From NCBI GenBank assembly GCA_963788195.1, contig CAWBGA010000005.1:1-64000 (forward strand): a stretch of 64,000 nucleotides of DNA, in the 5' to 3' direction. Origin of the DNA: Nitrospirota bacterium. Lineage in GTDB: Bacteria > Nitrospirota > Nitrospiria > Nitrospirales > NS-4. Positions 1-14,353 of this stretch are shown here, piece after piece; the stretch's first letter is position 1, and each line of letters starts with the position of its first letter. A program made the position numbers and the translations under genes. Under the pieces are notes generated by a model that saw nothing but the letters and a program-made list of their open reading frames with translations, was not told the origin of the DNA and made no database searches.

Positions 1-280
1 CTCCGTATAAACCGAATCCGGCGTTGTTGACCAGCAGGTCCACGGGTGCGGTCCGCCTGCTGCGCACTTCGGCATAGAGCTGTTCCGCGCTGTCGGGTCG
101 GGCCAAGTCCATAATGATCTCCTCGACAGGGACGTGATGGGCAGCACGGAGCGTGTGTGCCACTGAAGACAAGCGGTCCGCGTCCCGGCCCACGAGATGG
201 AGCGCATACCCCCGAGCCGCGAGCTGGCGCGCATAACTTTCCCCGATTCCACGGCTGGCGCCGGTGATAACGGCAAGCAT
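1..280 (-). CDS. Short-chain dehydrogenase/reductase (SDR), 5' part, truncated by window edge
   Basis: Manual translation from ATG at 280 gives MLAVITGASRGIGESYARQLAARG...LLVNNAGFG, with the TGxxxGIG and NNAG SDR motifs. Confidence 0.9.
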   Translation of the reverse strand, partial: MLAVITGASRGIGESYARQLAARGYALHLVGRDADRLSSVAHTLRAAHHVPVEEIIMDLARPDSAEQLYAEVRSRRTAPVDLLVNNAGFGLYG

Positions 281-303
281 GGCGCGGCACTATACCAGAC
301 GCA

Positions 304-376
304 GGGGTCAGAGTCGATTTATACGGGCTGTCGTGTTGCGGCTGTCACCCGGAACGGATAAATCGACTCTGACCCC
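304..376. repeat. REP-like perfect 19-bp inverted repeat, with a partial third copy at 388-400
   Basis: GGGGTCAGAGTCGATTTAT (304-322) and ATAAATCGACTCTGACCCC (358-376), intergenic. Confidence 0.85.
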
Positions 377-463
377 GATTACTCCCGGAGTCGATTTATA
401 AACGGCCCCGATCCCCCGGTATTACCTCTGGACAAAGCCTCCGGTCGTGGTTACTCTCACTCC

Positions 464-1486
464 ATGGCCGTCAAGTTTCGAGATTACTACGAGGTCTTGG
501 GAGTTCCGCGGGGTGCGAGCTCCAAAGAAGTTAAGGACGCGTACCGCAAGCTCGCTCGCAAATACCACCCGGACATGGAAACGAACACGTCCAAAAAAAA
601 GGTCGCGGAGGACAAGTTCAAAGAGATCAATGAAGCCTATGAAGTCTTGGGTGATCCCCAGAACCGGAAAAAATACGACCGGCTTGGCGCTCAGTGGAAG
701 AATGGGCAGGAATTCACTCCCCCACCGGGCGGCGGCTTTGGTCGGGAGCGGACGTGGAGCGGCACGGGAGGGGGGTTCTCCGGCGAAGAGTTCGGCGGAA
801 ACTTCAGTGATTTCTTTGAAACATTATTTCGCGGAGGCCGGGGACCCGGCGGTGACGCGGACGCTCAGTGGGGCGGCGGCGAGGGGTTTGCCGGGCCAAG
901 GCGAGCGGCGGATCTGCAGGCGGAGCTCGAGCTGCCACTGGAAGAAGCGAATCGTGGAGGGACGAGACGGCTCACGCTCATGGCTCACGACCAAAACGGG
1001 CACGCGCGGCCTAAGGAACTCGATGTCACACTACCTGTAGGCTTGCGAAGCGGGGACCGGATTCGTCTCAAGGGCCAGGGGGCTTTGCCCCCGCGAGGTG
1101 GAGAGCCGGGGGATCTTTTCCTGAAAATACGGGTTCCGCCTCACCCCATTTTTAATCTTCTGGAAGGCTCTCCGGATGATTTGCAGATCGATCTGCCGCT
1201 CCTGCCATGGGAAGCTGTCCTGGGCGCGGACGTGGATGTGCCGACACTGACAGGCCCCGTCTCGATGCGGATCCCCCCAGGCAGTCAGTCCGGGCAGCGA
1301 CTGCGGCTGCGGGGCAAGGGGCTGGCGCGCCGGGACGGCACCAGCGGCGACCTTTACGCCCGTCTCATGACTGTGACCCCGAAGACGGTCTCGAAGCGTG
1401 AGCGCGAGCTCTACGAAGAGCTGAAAACCCTCTCTACTGAGGATCCGCGGAAAGAAATGGCTCGAAGCAAGACCGCCGGCCGGTAA
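464..1486 (+). CDS. cbpA: DnaJ-class chaperone (CbpA-like)
   Basis: J-domain with HPD, G/F-rich region and C-terminal DnaJ domain; no zinc-finger repeats. Confidence 0.85.
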   Translation: MAVKFRDYYEVLGVPRGASSKEVKDAYRKLARKYHPDMETNTSKKKVAEDKFKEINEAYEVLGDPQNRKKYDRLGAQWKNGQEFTPPPGGGFGRERTWSGTGGGFSGEEFGGNFSDFFETLFRGGRGPGGDADAQWGGGEGFAGPRRAADLQAELELPLEEANRGGTRRLTLMAHDQNGHARPKELDVTLPVGLRSGDRIRLKGQGALPPRGGEPGDLFLKIRVPPHPIFNLLEGSPDDLQIDLPLLPWEAVLGADVDVPTLTGPVSMRIPPGSQSGQRLRLRGKGLARRDGTSGDLYARLMTVTPKTVSKRERELYEELKTLSTEDPRKEMARSKTAGR

Positions 1487-2127
1487 TGAGTTTTCTCCCA
1501 AGTTACTTCATCACCGCGTTCGTCTCCATTTTCGTGACGCTCGACGCGATCGGAAACATTCCGGTGTTTCTGGCCATGACGCCGCATAACACACCGGACG
1601 AACGGGTGAGGATCGTCAGGAGAGCTCTGTTGGCGGTCTTTGTCGTCCTCGTGACTTTCGCTCTCTTCGGTAACCTGATCTTCCGGCTGTTCGGCGTAAC
1701 AATTGAAGCCTTTCGTATCGTCGCGGGTCTGTTGTTGCTCAAGATCGCCTTTGACATGATGGAAGCGCGCCCTGATCGCGTCCGCCACAGTCCTGAAGAA
1801 CTCGTCAGCACGCGGCGTGAGGATATTGCTCTCATTCCGTTAGCGATTCCCATGCTCAGCGGCCCCGGGACGATCTCCAGTGTAATCGCCCTGACAGGCC
1901 AGGCGGCGAAGGCTCCCTCGCTTGTCCCAGCCTTCCTCGTCCTGTTGGTTGCCATCCTGCTCAATGTGATCATCGCGTTCATCGCTTTGCGCAGCGCCAC
2001 CGCCATCGCGCACTTTTTCAAGGAAACCGGCATGCGCGTCTTTACCCGTGTGATGGGCCTTATCCTCGCCGCGATCGCCGTACAATTCATGTTGACCGGG
2101 ATCAAAGACGCATTCCATCTTTCTTGA
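1486..2127 (+). CDS. MarC family integral membrane protein
   Basis: Multi-TM protein with the PLAIPMLSGPGTIS and RVMGLILAAIAVQF motifs. Confidence 0.9.
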   Translation: MSFLPSYFITAFVSIFVTLDAIGNIPVFLAMTPHNTPDERVRIVRRALLAVFVVLVTFALFGNLIFRLFGVTIEAFRIVAGLLLLKIAFDMMEARPDRVRHSPEELVSTRREDIALIPLAIPMLSGPGTISSVIALTGQAAKAPSLVPAFLVLLVAILLNVIIAFIALRSATAIAHFFKETGMRVFTRVMGLILAAIAVQFMLTGIKDAFHLS

Positions 2128-2160
2128 TAAGAGTTCATTGAGCGGTTAGGATACCGCGCC

Positions 2161-3620
2161 ATGTCGATCGGCCCTCCTACCGGAATGCGGGATTGGCTGC
2201 CACAGGAGACGCTCCTGCGCCAGCGGCTCATGGAGACCATCGGCTCGATCTATCGGCTCTACGGCTATCTGCCGATCGACACCCCCGCAATGGAAGACCT
2301 GACCGTCCTCATGGGAAAGGGCGGAGGTGAAAACGAGAAACTCTTATTCAAGATTTTGAAGCGTGGCGAGAAATTGGCCCAAGCGGAAAAGCAAGGGCAG
2401 GATCTGGCGGACTACGGTCTCCGGTACGACTTGACCGTCCCGCTCGCGCGCTTTGTGGCCACCCATCAAGGAAAACTCCCGAAGATATTTCGGCGTTACC
2501 ACATGGCGCCGGTCTGGAGGGCGGACCGACCGCAGCTCGGCCGCTATCGCGAGTTCTATCAGTGCGACATCGACGTCGTCGGCGGGGCATCGATCGGACT
2601 ACGAGGCTGGAAATCATTACTGCTACTGAACGGTTCTTGCCGTGCTTAATCTCGGAAAGTACAGATTTCGACTAAGCGATAAGAGCCTGTTGCCGCTGCG
2701 TGCTGCGGGGGTTCGGTGTCGACGAGACGCAAGTCGGTCCCATCACTGATCGCTCTCGACAAAGTTGACAAAGGGGATATCCGCTGCCCAAGTGCGACGG
2801 GAACTCGACACCGTTCTCGTGCAAGTGACTCGGACCCATGGAAGAGGGTGAGCAGCACTTCTCTCGTGGGCACACAACGTGTGTCCACAGTGATGACAGG
2901 TCGTCACGACCCTGTCGAGAACTTCAAAGAACATTGAGAGTTCCATTGAGCAGCCTACAATACGAGCAGAAATTGAGGATATTCTCGCAGACCTCGAGGA
3001 CATTAGATCATCGCGTCCGTGAGACAGATCAACAATGAGTCTTCGCGTTGATCTTTCATCCGACCTTAGTGCGCGGCATGGACTATTATACCGGTCCCAT
3101 CTACGAAGCGGTCGTGGAAGGCTTTTCCTCTTCGATCCTCGGTGGCGGTCGTTACGACGGCCTGATCGGCCGTTTCTTAGGAAAATCTATTCCCGCGGTC
3201 GGTTGTTCCATAGGATTTGAGCGCATTCTTTCTATTCTTCAGAACCGCGAGAGCTCAGCCCCCGCCAAGGTCGAGCGAGTCCTTTTGGTCCGGCACGGCG
3301 GCGATCTCCTCGAGATGACGCGCCTCGCTGAACAACTGCGTGCGGCAGATGTTTCCGTGGAGAGCTACCTGGAAGAAGACGACGTGGGCAAGCAGCTCAA
3401 ATATGCGGAGGCTGCAGGCATCACGTGGGCGATCAAGGAGGTGCGTGCCGACGATCTCTCTCTCCTCGTCCGGCACCTTCCGACCCGACAGGATCGCAGC
3501 GTGTCGCTGGCCGAGTTCCAGGCACTGCTGGCACATCAGGAAGTAAACGTAATTATTCTTAGGTTAAATATCTTATCAATATTTTCCATTTTATTTCGTT
3601 GTTCTCTCTTGACTCTTTGA
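2161..3620 (+). CDS. hisS: Histidyl-tRNA synthetase; reading frame broken at ~2600-3050, probably sequence errors
   Basis: GMRD, LRYDLTVPLAR, WRADRPQLGRYREFYQCDID in the first ORF; LVRGMDYYTG, GGGRYDGL, GCSIGFERI and the anticodon-binding domain in ORF 3048-3620. Confidence 0.9.
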
Positions 3621-3712
3621 TATGCGAAATGATACAGTTTTTTTGTTGAGTCGATGCCAAATTTATCCTTCAAAGAAGCCACCTTACGTCGTTTTCAGGC
3701 CTGTGAATTACG

Positions 3713-4027
3713 ATGAAAAAACCGAGCCTTGGATTGCTCTTGTCCACAGGCCCTGAAAACCCCAATCTGGACGCGGCCGTAGGACTCTCGGAGGCGGCGT
3801 TAAATTCAGGCAAGGATGTGTACCTTTATCTGATCGATGAGGGCGTACTGACTGTTGAAGATCCTCGGTTTGAGCCACTCCGTCAGGCAGGGTTGAAGCT
3901 ATTTGCGTGCGCATACGGTGCCCAGCAGCACGGTGTGCCGAGAAAAGAGGAACGCGCCACATACTGCGGGCTTGTCGTTCTTTCAAATATTGTTTCGAGT
4001 TGTGATCGCTTCGTTGCGTTAAATTGA
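3713..4027 (+). CDS. DsrE/TusD-like sulfur relay protein
   Basis: YLYLIDEGV, FACAYGAQQHG and CDRFVALN motifs. Confidence 0.75.
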   Translation: MKKPSLGLLLSTGPENPNLDAAVGLSEAALNSGKDVYLYLIDEGVLTVEDPRFEPLRQAGLKLFACAYGAQQHGVPRKEERATYCGLVVLSNIVSSCDRFVALN

Positions 4028-4036
4028 CTTCTTGTT

Positions 4037-4399
4037 GTGGTTGATGCGCCGACACCTAGTGTGCTCGTGATCATTCAGGCCGATCCTTTAAAAAGCGCTC
4101 GCGCGGTAGAAGCCTTGCGTATTGCACTCGGCCTCGGCTCGCATAACGAAGGGAAAGACCTTCAAATTATTCTGTCAGGCCGCGCCCCTCACTTGCTCGC
4201 CGAAGACAGCAGCGAGGTCGTGGACTCAGAAATCCTTGAGAAACACTTACCCGTCTTTGTGGAATGGGGGACAACGTTTCTGACCGCTCCTGCCGCAGAG
4301 GCGCCACCCAGGTGGCTTCCCGATTGCAATGTGACGGCAGCCACGGCCGAGGAGATCGCTGGTGCAGTGCGTTCGGCAAAGAAAGTTCTCGTATTTTGA
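4037..4399 (+). CDS. DsrF/TusC-like protein
   Basis: DP..S.RAVEALRIALGL motif, C-terminal KVLVF, and position in a three-gene unit. Confidence 0.65.
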   Translation: MVDAPTPSVLVIIQADPLKSARAVEALRIALGLGSHNEGKDLQIILSGRAPHLLAEDSSEVVDSEILEKHLPVFVEWGTTFLTAPAAEAPPRWLPDCNVTAATAEEIAGAVRSAKKVLVF

Positions 4400-4420
4400 C
4401 GAATTTCTCTATTAATCCTG

Positions 4421-4660
4421 ATGACTCTTCACCTCCTCAAGAATCCCCCAAATCCTCTTGCGATCGAAGTATTGCGATCAGAAATCCAGACAGAATCTCC
4501 CATTGTCGTCCTGTTATCGCCCACGGCAGATCTACCTCAACTTCCCGGTGTTACCTTCTACCATCTGAGCGAGTCTGGTCACATGGAAAATAGTCATCAC
4601 ATCACATACTCGCGACTCGTTGAGATGATATTTGCTGCTGATAAGGTCGTTGCTTGGTAA
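4421..4660 (+). CDS. DsrH/TusB-like small protein
   Basis: MTLHLLK...ITYSRLVEMIFAADKVVAW resembles DsrH/TusB termini. Confidence 0.65.
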   Translation: MTLHLLKNPPNPLAIEVLRSEIQTESPIVVLLSPTADLPQLPGVTFYHLSESGHMENSHHITYSRLVEMIFAADKVVAW

Positions 4661-4905
4661 ACAATCTTATGACTCTTGATCCTTAGTATAAGGTAAAGAA
4701 AGAAAGGCGGAGGGGGAGGTCGGAGTAGGGGTTGTGAGTTCTGTGGAAAGAAAGAAAATCGAAACAGGATAGGCTCTTTAGAGATCCAGCGTGTCTGAGG
4801 AGAGGGTGTGTGTCCGATGATAAAGCTCGGTGTGCAATCTGGGTATAAAGTTGCAAAAAGGGATAGGCTGAAAGTTATACACACATGTGAAAAAGCTGTG
4901 AAATC
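4661..4905. promoter_or_regulatory. Probable oriC / dnaA promoter region with DnaA-box-like 9-mers
   Basis: TGTGGAAAG 4742-4750, TGGGTATAA 4840-4848, TTATACACA 4875-4883 and TGTGAAAAA 4886-4894, directly upstream of dnaA. Confidence 0.65.
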
Positions 4906-6264
4906 ATGAACACAACCGAAAACGACCAGCGTCTTGCAACAGTCTGGAATGATGCCGCCGTGTTGCTGAAGGAGCATACCTCTAAGGATGTGTTTGAAAC
5001 CTGGTTTAGAGAGCTATCTATAGGAAATATAAGTGAAACTGAGGCAATCCTCAATGTTCCAAACAAGTTTTTTCGGGACTGGATACGGGATCATTACCAA
5101 AGCGTGCTAGAGGAAGCGCTCGGGACTGCCATGGGAAGATCCGGGTTACGGGTCAATTATGCGCTTTCGGACGTTCCGGCCAAAGCCATGGTTGCGAAGG
5201 AACCAGATCGAGTGGTTCAAACTCCTTCCATCAAGGGAAAACGGACCGCCCATATTGACGGGCGCTACACCTTCTCGACCTTTGTTGCGGCATCGAATAA
5301 CCAGTTGGCCCGCGCAGCGAGTTTGAAGGTGTCCGAGTCACCCGGCACTTCGTATAACCCGCTGTTGATCTACGGCGGCGTGGGACTCGGAAAGACCCAT
5401 CTGATGCATGCCATCGGAAATTTTGTTATGGGGCGCGCCGACTTGCGGATTGCCTATGTCACCTCTGAGCAGTTTACCAATGAGGTCATCAACGGCATTC
5501 GGTACGACAAGATGATCGATGTCCGGAGGCGCTATCGGAATATCGATATGCTCCTCGTCGACGACATCCAGTTCATTGCGGGTAAGCAGGCGACACAGGA
5601 AGAATTCTTCCACACATTTAACAGCCTGTACGAAGCCCAAAAGCAGATCGTGCTCTCCAGTGATCGCTATCCGAGAGATATTGCCGATATGGAGGAGCGC
5701 CTTCGTTCGCGACTGGACTGGGGGCTCGTGGCGGATATTCAACCGTATCCGCTGGAGGCTCGTATCGCGATTCTTCGGGATAAATCCGAGCGGGAAGGCA
5801 TCAACCTGCCCGATGATGTGTCGGTGTTCGTGGCGAGCCATGTCAAAACAAACATTCGCGAACTGGAAGGCTCATTAATCCGCCTCGGGGCCTATGCGAC
5901 ATTGACCGGCCAGACCATCACGCTGGAGATGGCCAAAAATGTGCTCAAGGAACTGGTCAACGACGCGAAACGTGTCATCACCTTGGAAGCCGTGCAGGAG
6001 GTCGTCGCGACGAAATTCCACATCAAGGTGTCCGAGATGAAATCGAAGCGTCGCACCAAGGCGCTCGTCTATCCACGCCAGGTGGCGATGTATCTGGCCA
6101 GGGACATCACGCAGCAGTCCTATCCTGAAATTGCAAGGCACTTCGGCGGGAAGGACCACACGACCATCATGCATGCCTGCCGGCAGATTGAAAAGGCCAA
6201 GGAAAATAATCCGGGGCTGCAACGCACACTGGAGGACTTGAAGCGCCAAATCGTCGGTGAGTAG
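4906..6264 (+). CDS. dnaA: Chromosomal replication initiator DnaA
   Basis: YNPLLIYGGVGLGKTHLMHAIG, DDIQF, QEEFFHTFN and GGKDHTTIMHA motifs. Confidence 0.99.
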   Translation: MNTTENDQRLATVWNDAAVLLKEHTSKDVFETWFRELSIGNISETEAILNVPNKFFRDWIRDHYQSVLEEALGTAMGRSGLRVNYALSDVPAKAMVAKEPDRVVQTPSIKGKRTAHIDGRYTFSTFVAASNNQLARAASLKVSESPGTSYNPLLIYGGVGLGKTHLMHAIGNFVMGRADLRIAYVTSEQFTNEVINGIRYDKMIDVRRRYRNIDMLLVDDIQFIAGKQATQEEFFHTFNSLYEAQKQIVLSSDRYPRDIADMEERLRSRLDWGLVADIQPYPLEARIAILRDKSEREGINLPDDVSVFVASHVKTNIRELEGSLIRLGAYATLTGQTITLEMAKNVLKELVNDAKRVITLEAVQEVVATKFHIKVSEMKSKRRTKALVYPRQVAMYLARDITQQSYPEIARHFGGKDHTTIMHACRQIEKAKENNPGLQRTLEDLKRQIVGE

Positions 6265-6282
6265 CGGACAGGGGGATGGGAC

Positions 6283-7408
6283 ATGAAAATCAGGATTGCC
6301 AGAGATGAATTATTGACTGGCCTTCAGCGCGTCCAGGGTGTCGTCGAGAAACGCAACACGATGCCGGCGCTCTCGAACATTCTGCTGGAGACGAAACAGG
6401 ATGGGGTCGAGCTTGTCGCGACCGACCTCGAAATCGGCATTCGCGGGCATTATAAGGCGGAGGTGATGGAGCCGGGCAGCGTGTCGGTCTCGGCCCGCAA
6501 GCTCTTCGAGATCCTGCGGGAGATGCCCGACAGCGAGATCACCTTGGCGACCCAGGAAAACAACTGGGTGCAGATCCATGCCGGCAAGATTCAATTCAAG
6601 ATTGTCGGTCTTCCGGCCGCCGACTTTCCTGCGCTTCCCACCGTTGAGCGCGACGGCCGCGTGGCGATCTCGGGCACCGGGCTCGCCGGCCTGATTCGGA
6701 AGACCTTATTTGCGGTCGGCGACAACGATGCCCGCTATATCCTCAATGGCCTTCTGATCACACTGCTCTCGAGCGACAAAAAGGTCACGATGCGTCTGGT
6801 CGGCACCGACGGCCATCGTTTGGCCGTCGCCGAGAGCGAGGTGGCGAAGGATGCCGGGCGGGGACGTGCCGAAGGAGATCCGAGCCATTGTCCCGCGGAA
6901 AGCCGCGCAGGAAATGCGTCGCCTGTTGGAAGAGGAGGCCGGAGAACCGCTGCTGGGTTTTACCAAAAACCTGGTGACGTTCCAAAAGAGCGGGGTCTTT
7001 CTGACCTCGCGGGTGATGGAAGGGACGTATCCGAACTATCAGCAGGTGATTCCGAAAGACAATTCGAAAAAAGCGACGGTCGATCGGACTGCGCTGGAAG
7101 CGGCGCTGCGGCGGGTCGCCGTGCTGTCTCGGGATAAGACGAATGCGGTGCGGATCACCCTCGACTCAGGCCTGCTCACCCTCTATACCAGCAATCCGGA
7201 CCTCGGCGAGGCGACTGAGGAACTGCCGGTCCAGTATCGAGGAGAGAGCCTGACCACGGGCTTTAATGCCCGATATCTCCTGGACGCCTTGTCGGCGATG
7301 GAGAGTGAGACCGTGCATCTGGAAATGAAGACCGCATTGAGCCCCTGCGTGCTGAAACCCGAAGGGGATCCGGGATTCCTATGCGTTGTCATGCCGATGA
7401 AAGTGTAG
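6283..7408 (+). CDS. dnaN: DNA polymerase III beta sliding clamp; single frameshift near 6850, likely artefact
   Basis: ATDLEIG and GTDGHRLA in ORF 6283-7137; GTYPNYQQVIP, GFNARYLLD and VVMPMKV in ORF 6851-7408. Confidence 0.97.
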
Positions 7409-7428
7409 CGACAACCAGGAGAGCCTAG

Positions 7429-9912
<2,484 letters not shown>

Positions 9913-10106
9913 CCTGTGCGGGTCCTGTCGTCGAACAGCCCTGCTGTGCTGCGCTCCCGCAGCCCAAGTCGCGCGCGCTCCGGACTAGGGCGCCCGTTCG
10001 CCGCCACCCGCTTCGGCCCACATCTTCGGTACATGGGAAAGTCAAAAGGGCACAGATTTATTCCTACGGCTGGTCCATCACTCGGGTCGCCTGAAACTTC
10101 TCACGG

Positions 10107-10164
10107 GTCATCCTGAACGAAGTGAAGGATCTCATTCGAGATGCTTCGCTTCGCTCAGCATGAC
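10107..10164. repeat. Palindromic miniature intergenic repeat (GTCATCCTGAAC...CTCAGCATGAC type)
   Basis: GTCATCCTGAACGAAGTGAAGGATCTC pairs imperfectly with GAGATGCTTCGCTTCGCTCAGCATGAC, between gyrB and gyrA. Confidence 0.75.
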
Positions 10165-10180
10165 AGAAGAGGGAAACTAG

Positions 10181-12676
10181 ATGCCGGTTGACGAACGCCT
10201 GACCAACATCGCCATCGAAGACGAGATGCGCTCGTCGTATCTCGATTACGCCATGAGCGTGATCGTGGGGCGGGCGCTGCCGGATGTCCGAGATGGCCTG
10301 AAGCCGGTCCATCGCCGGATTCTACATGGGATGAACGAGATGGGTCTGGCCCACAACCGGACCTATCGCAAGTCGGCCAAGATCGTCGGCGAGATCATGG
10401 GCAACTACCATCCCCATGGCGACTCGGCGATCTACGACACCCTGGTGCGGATGGCGCAGGACTTCAACATGCGCTACATGCTGGTGGACGGCCAGGGGAA
10501 CTACGGGTCGGTGGACGGAGATCCGCCCGCGGCCATGCGCTACACCGAGGCGCGGCTGACGAAGCTCGCCGAAGAGATCTTAAAGGACATCGATAAGGAT
10601 ACGGTCGATTTTCGTCCCAACTATGACGACTCGCGGACAGAGCCTGTCGTATTGCCCGCGAACGTCCCGAACTTGCTCATCAATGGGGCGGGCGGAATTG
10701 CGGTGGGATACGCCACCAACATCCCGACGCACAATGTGGCGGAGGTGGTTGATGGCTTGCTGATGCTTCTCGAAAACCCGGCGGCAACCGTGGATGATCT
10801 CATGGACGTGATTCCGGGACCGGATTTCCCGACCGCCGGGTACATCTACGGCACACAAGGCATCAAGGATGCTTACCGCACAGGCCGGGGGCTGCTGACC
10901 CTGCGGGCCAAAGTGGTCGTGGAGACGGACCCGCGCACCGACAGAGACCGAATCGTGGTCACGGAAATACCCTTTCAGGTCAACAAGGCTCGACTCATCG
11001 AAAAGATCGCCGAACTGATCCAGGACAAACGCATCGAAGGCATCGCTGACTTGCGGGACGAATCCGACCGGGATGGCATGCGGATCGTGATCGAGTTGAA
11101 GAAGGGCGAGATCGCCCTCGTTTTGATCAACCAGCTGTATAAGCACACCCAGATGCAAAGCACGTTCGGGGTGATCATGCTGGCCTTGGTCAACAACCGT
11201 CCCGAACTTTTGACCTTAAAGCAGATTCTCGAGGCGTTCATCGAGCACCGCCGTGAGGTCGTGGTTCGGCGCACCGCCTATGAGCTTCGAAAGGCGGAGG
11301 AGCGGGCGCATATTCTCGAAGGGTTGAAGATCGCGCTGTCGCACCTGGACGCGGTGATCGCGCTGATCAAGCGGTCACGCTCCCCTGAGGAGGCTCGCAT
11401 CGGGCTGATGCGCGAATTCACTCTCTCGGAAACGCAGGCAAGCGCGATCCTCGACATGAAGCTACAGCGGCTCACCCAACTCGAGCGCGACAAGCTGACG
11501 CAGGAATATGAGGAGGTCATTAAACGCATCGCCTACTTCAAGTCCGTGCTCGATTCCGAGGCTCTGGTACGGCAGATCATCAAAGACGAACTGAAGGCGA
11601 TCAGGGAGGAATATAAGGACGAGCGGCGCACACAGATCGTCCCCGAGACGGCGGATATCAATATCGAGGATCTCATCGCGCAGGAAGAAGTGGTGGTGAC
11701 GATCTCCCACGCGGGCTACATCAAGCGTAATCCGGTGTCGCTCTATCGCGCCCAGCGGCGTGGCGGCAAGGGCAAGATCGCAATGGGTACCAAGGAAGAG
11801 GATTTCGTGGCTACGCTCTTCACGGCATCCACGCATGATTATCTGTTGTTCTTCACGAATGCCGGCAAGGTGTACTGGCTCAAGGTCCATGAAATTCCGG
11901 AGGCAGGGCGCGCTGCGAAAGGTAAGGCGATGGTCAACCTGCTGGCTCTAGCCGGCGAGGAGGAGGTGACGGCCACCTTGCCGGTGAAAGAATTTCGCGA
12001 CGATCGCTATGTCGTCATGGCGACACGCAAGGGCACAATCAAGAAGACAGAGCTTTCAGCATACGGCAACCCCCGGCTGGGAGGCATCATTGCATTGACG
12101 CTGGATGATGGCGACAAGCTGATCGGGGTAGAGATCACCGATGGCCAACGGGAGATCCTTCTTGGCACCCGCCAAGGGATCGTGATCCGTTTCAAAGAGG
12201 AAGATGTGCGTGCCGTCGGGCGTACCGCACGGGGCGTTCGCGGGATCACGCTCGATGAAGGCAATGAGGTCATCGGTATGGAAACCATTACCCCTGACTC
12301 AACTGCGGCAATTCTTACCGTCACGGAGTACGGCTATGGGAAGCGCACCGCGGTCAGCGAGTATCGCCTTCAGGGCCGCGCTGGTCGGGGCATTATCAGC
12401 GTGAAGGTGACCGATCGGAATGGTCCGGCGGTGTCATTCCATCAGGTCCGAGAAGATGATGAGATCATGATCATCACGGCCGAAGGCAAAATCCTTCGCA
12501 CGAAAGTGGACGCTGTGCGCGAGATCAGCCGGAACGCGCAGGGCGTGCGACTGATCGATATGGGAGAGAGCGACAGGGTCGTCGGGGTGGCGAAGCTCGC
12601 CGAAACCACACCCGAGGGACCCATTGATGCTGACGGCGACGAGCCGCTTCTCTCACCGGAAACAAATGGCGGCTGA
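10181..12676 (+). CDS. gyrA: DNA gyrase subunit A
   Basis: [22 protein letters not shown] and the GyrA box QRRGGKG. Confidence 0.99.
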   Translation: MPVDERLTNIAIEDEMRSSYLDYAMSVIVGRALPDVRDGLKPVHRRILHGMNEMGLAHNRTYRKSAKIVGEIMGNYHPHGDSAIYDTLVRMAQDFNMRYMLVDGQGNYGSVDGDPPAAMRYTEARLTKLAEEILKDIDKDTVDFRPNYDDSRTEPVVLPANVPNLLINGAGGIAVGYATNIPTHNVAEVVDGLLMLLENPAATVDDLMDVIPGPDFPTAGYIYGTQGIKDAYRTGRGLLTLRAKVVVETDPRTDRDRIVVTEIPFQVNKARLIEKIAELIQDKRIEGIADLRDESDRDGMRIVIELKKGEIALVLINQLYKHTQMQSTFGVIMLALVNNRPELLTLKQILEAFIEHRREVVVRRTAYELRKAEERAHILEGLKIALSHLDAVIALIKRSRSPEEARIGLMREFTLSETQASAILDMKLQRLTQLERDKLTQEYEEVIKRIAYFKSVLDSEALVRQIIKDELKAIREEYKDERRTQIVPETADINIEDLIAQEEVVVTISHAGYIKRNPVSLYRAQRRGGKGKIAMGTKEEDFVATLFTASTHDYLLFFTNAGKVYWLKVHEIPEAGRAAKGKAMVNLLALAGEEEVTATLPVKEFRDDRYVVMATRKGTIKKTELSAYGNPRLGGIIALTLDDGDKLIGVEITDGQREILLGTRQGIVIRFKEEDVRAVGRTARGVRGITLDEGNEVIGMETITPDSTAAILTVTEYGYGKRTAVSEYRLQGRAGRGIISVKVTDRNGPAVSFHQVREDDEIMIITAEGKILRTKVDAVREISRNAQGVRLIDMGESDRVVGVAKLAETTPEGPIDADGDEPLLSPETNGG

Positions 12677-13193
12677 GCCGCCGCGCTCATCCCCTAAAAA
12701 GCCGCTCGATCCGCTCGTCAAAACTGCACTCACTCTATCTATTGGACTGATCCTCATTACCGTGATCGGCATGATCCTGACCGCGCCGGATCGTTCTATT
12801 CCCCCCTACAGCGTAATGGCTCAGGTAGGAGATTCGGTGACCGTCAATGTACCGTCTCGCACCACAGACGCACAGATAGAAGCTCTCCTGTTTCGATTTC
12901 GACTCGCCGCCGACGGCGACGGCGCAGGCTTCGGGCGGCTTAAGATCAGGCCCACCACGCCGGGGAATCCTGCCGGCGTATACCAGCGCGTCACCATTTA
13001 TGTTCTCGACAATCCCGGTCTTGCTGAGGAACCGGTTCTCCGGGAGTACCTTGCGGGCGACCGTATGTCCAGAGGAGCTTTCGAACGGGGCGTTCGGGGC
13101 ATTTACCGGCTGACACCCGATAGGGAACGCGCGATCGTGGGATCGTCCGAGGAGAACGCTAAAATACTTTTTCAGAGTGAACGCGAGCGGTAG
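12666..13193 (+). CDS. Hypothetical single-pass membrane protein
   Basis: ATG at 12666 overlaps the gyrA end; one hydrophobic segment ([18 protein letters not shown]). Confidence 0.7.
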   Translation: MAAEPPRSSPKKPLDPLVKTALTLSIGLILITVIGMILTAPDRSIPPYSVMAQVGDSVTVNVPSRTTDAQIEALLFRFRLAADGDGAGFGRLKIRPTTPGNPAGVYQRVTIYVLDNPGLAEEPVLREYLAGDRMSRGAFERGVRGIYRLTPDRERAIVGSSEENAKILFQSERER

Positions 13194-13292
13194 AGAAGTT
13201 TCTCGACGTCGCAGACTTGGCAAACAGTGCGCGAAGCGGTCCCCAGAGCGCTTCATGAGGAATACCACGAAGGCTCTCTTCGATGGCGTCTG

Positions 13293-13694
13293 TTATAGCA
13301 GGTCTAAGGTGAGAGCAGCGTGGCCCTCGGCTGGTTGGTGTGCATCGAGCGGCGCGGAGAAAACAGCAGGGCAAGTCCCGACCCGCAACACGATATCAGT
13401 CAGGACGTCTTCCCCTATTGCTCCGGCTATCTTCGACAGGAGTTCGGACTTAAGGAACAGAAGCTGCTGAAGCCATACCGAGTTCTCCGCCAGAAGGAAC
13501 AGCTTATGATGGCGGATGGTTTCAGGATAGGTATGCCCGCCAATATGCGGACCGACAATCTCGCTCCATTGCTGCTGGAGTGAGTATTCGACCATACGAC
13601 TTTGAAACCCCTGCGTCTTTAGTAGTCCTGCCACGACATCGGTAAGCGGCGTTAAGGAAGAAGTTGTTAAGCCGGAACGGGGGTGGTGAGACAT
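13293..13694 (-). CDS. DUF721 / DciA family protein; C-terminus may be frameshifted
   Basis: W.EIVG..I..HT.P and NSVWLQQL.FLKSELL.KI motifs; located near the origin. Confidence 0.8.
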   Translation of the reverse strand: MSHHPRSGLTTSSLTPLTDVVAGLLKTQGFQSRMVEYSLQQQWSEIVGPHIGGHTYPETIRHHKLFLLAENSVWLQQLLFLKSELLSKIAGAIGEDVLTDIVLRVGTCPAVFSAPLDAHQPAEGHAALTLDLL

Positions 13695-13796
13695 GCCGGG
13701 CGCATCTTAGTTCGGTCGGCCGTGCAGGTCAAGGGCCTTGTGTGTGCTTGAATAGGGGTAGTACAAGTGTTACCTTCTGTTTAAGAGGACTTACGG

Positions 13797-14276
13797 ATGG
13801 GAGCCGGTAAGGGCGACAAGGCCGAGACTGTGGTGGCCACGAACCGGAAGGCCTTTCACGACTATCACATTGAAGAGCGGTACGAAGCGGGAATGGCGCT
13901 TCAAGGCACGGAGGTCAAGGCAATTCGTGAGGGCCTTGTAAATCTGAGAGACAGTTTCGCGCGCGTCGACGGAACTGAGGTGATTCTACATAATTGCCAT
14001 ATCAGTCCCTACAGCCACGGCAACATCATGAATCATGACCCCTTGCGGCCGCGAAAGCTGCTCTTGCATCGACGGCAGATCAATAAGCTCATGGGACGGA
14101 CCCAGCAGAAAGGTCTGACGCTGGTGCCGCTCAGGCTTTATTTCACGCCGGCGGGGAAAGCGAAGATCGAAATCGGGCTGGGCAAGGGCAAGCACGAGTA
14201 CGACCGCCGCGAGGATATCAAGAATCGGGAGTCGCGGCGCGAGGTCCAGCGGGCGATGAAGGTCAGCAAGCGATAA
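13797..14276 (+). CDS. smpB: SsrA-binding protein
   Basis: NRKAFHDY, LQGTEVKAIR, RKLLLHRRQI and GKGKHEYDRRE motifs. Confidence 0.99.
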   Translation: MGAGKGDKAETVVATNRKAFHDYHIEERYEAGMALQGTEVKAIREGLVNLRDSFARVDGTEVILHNCHISPYSHGNIMNHDPLRPRKLLLHRRQINKLMGRTQQKGLTLVPLRLYFTPAGKAKIEIGLGKGKHEYDRREDIKNRESRREVQRAMKVSKR

Positions 14277-14353
14277 TCCTATCCCACCCACCCTAACCCC
14301 GGCGCCCCTTGCCCGTGTGACAGATTTCCTTTCCCCTGGTATAATAATCCAAA

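Noticed and set aside
1503..2240. Long antisense or overlapping ORFs in the ORF track (also 34048-34947, 34975-36048, 41044-41826)
   Set aside because: They are shadows of well-supported genes on the opposite strand in GC-rich DNA and show no protein motifs.
2590..3060. hisS as a pseudogene or carrying an insertion
   Set aside because: The total span fits a normal HisS and fragments of expected sequence persist across frames. An essential gene with dense indels points to a locally poor consensus.
6840..6870. Programmed frameshift in dnaN, and likewise putA, M28 peptidase, VIT protein and others
   Set aside because: Single-base shifts occur in over a dozen unrelated genes with no shared slippery motif, consistent with long-read indel error.
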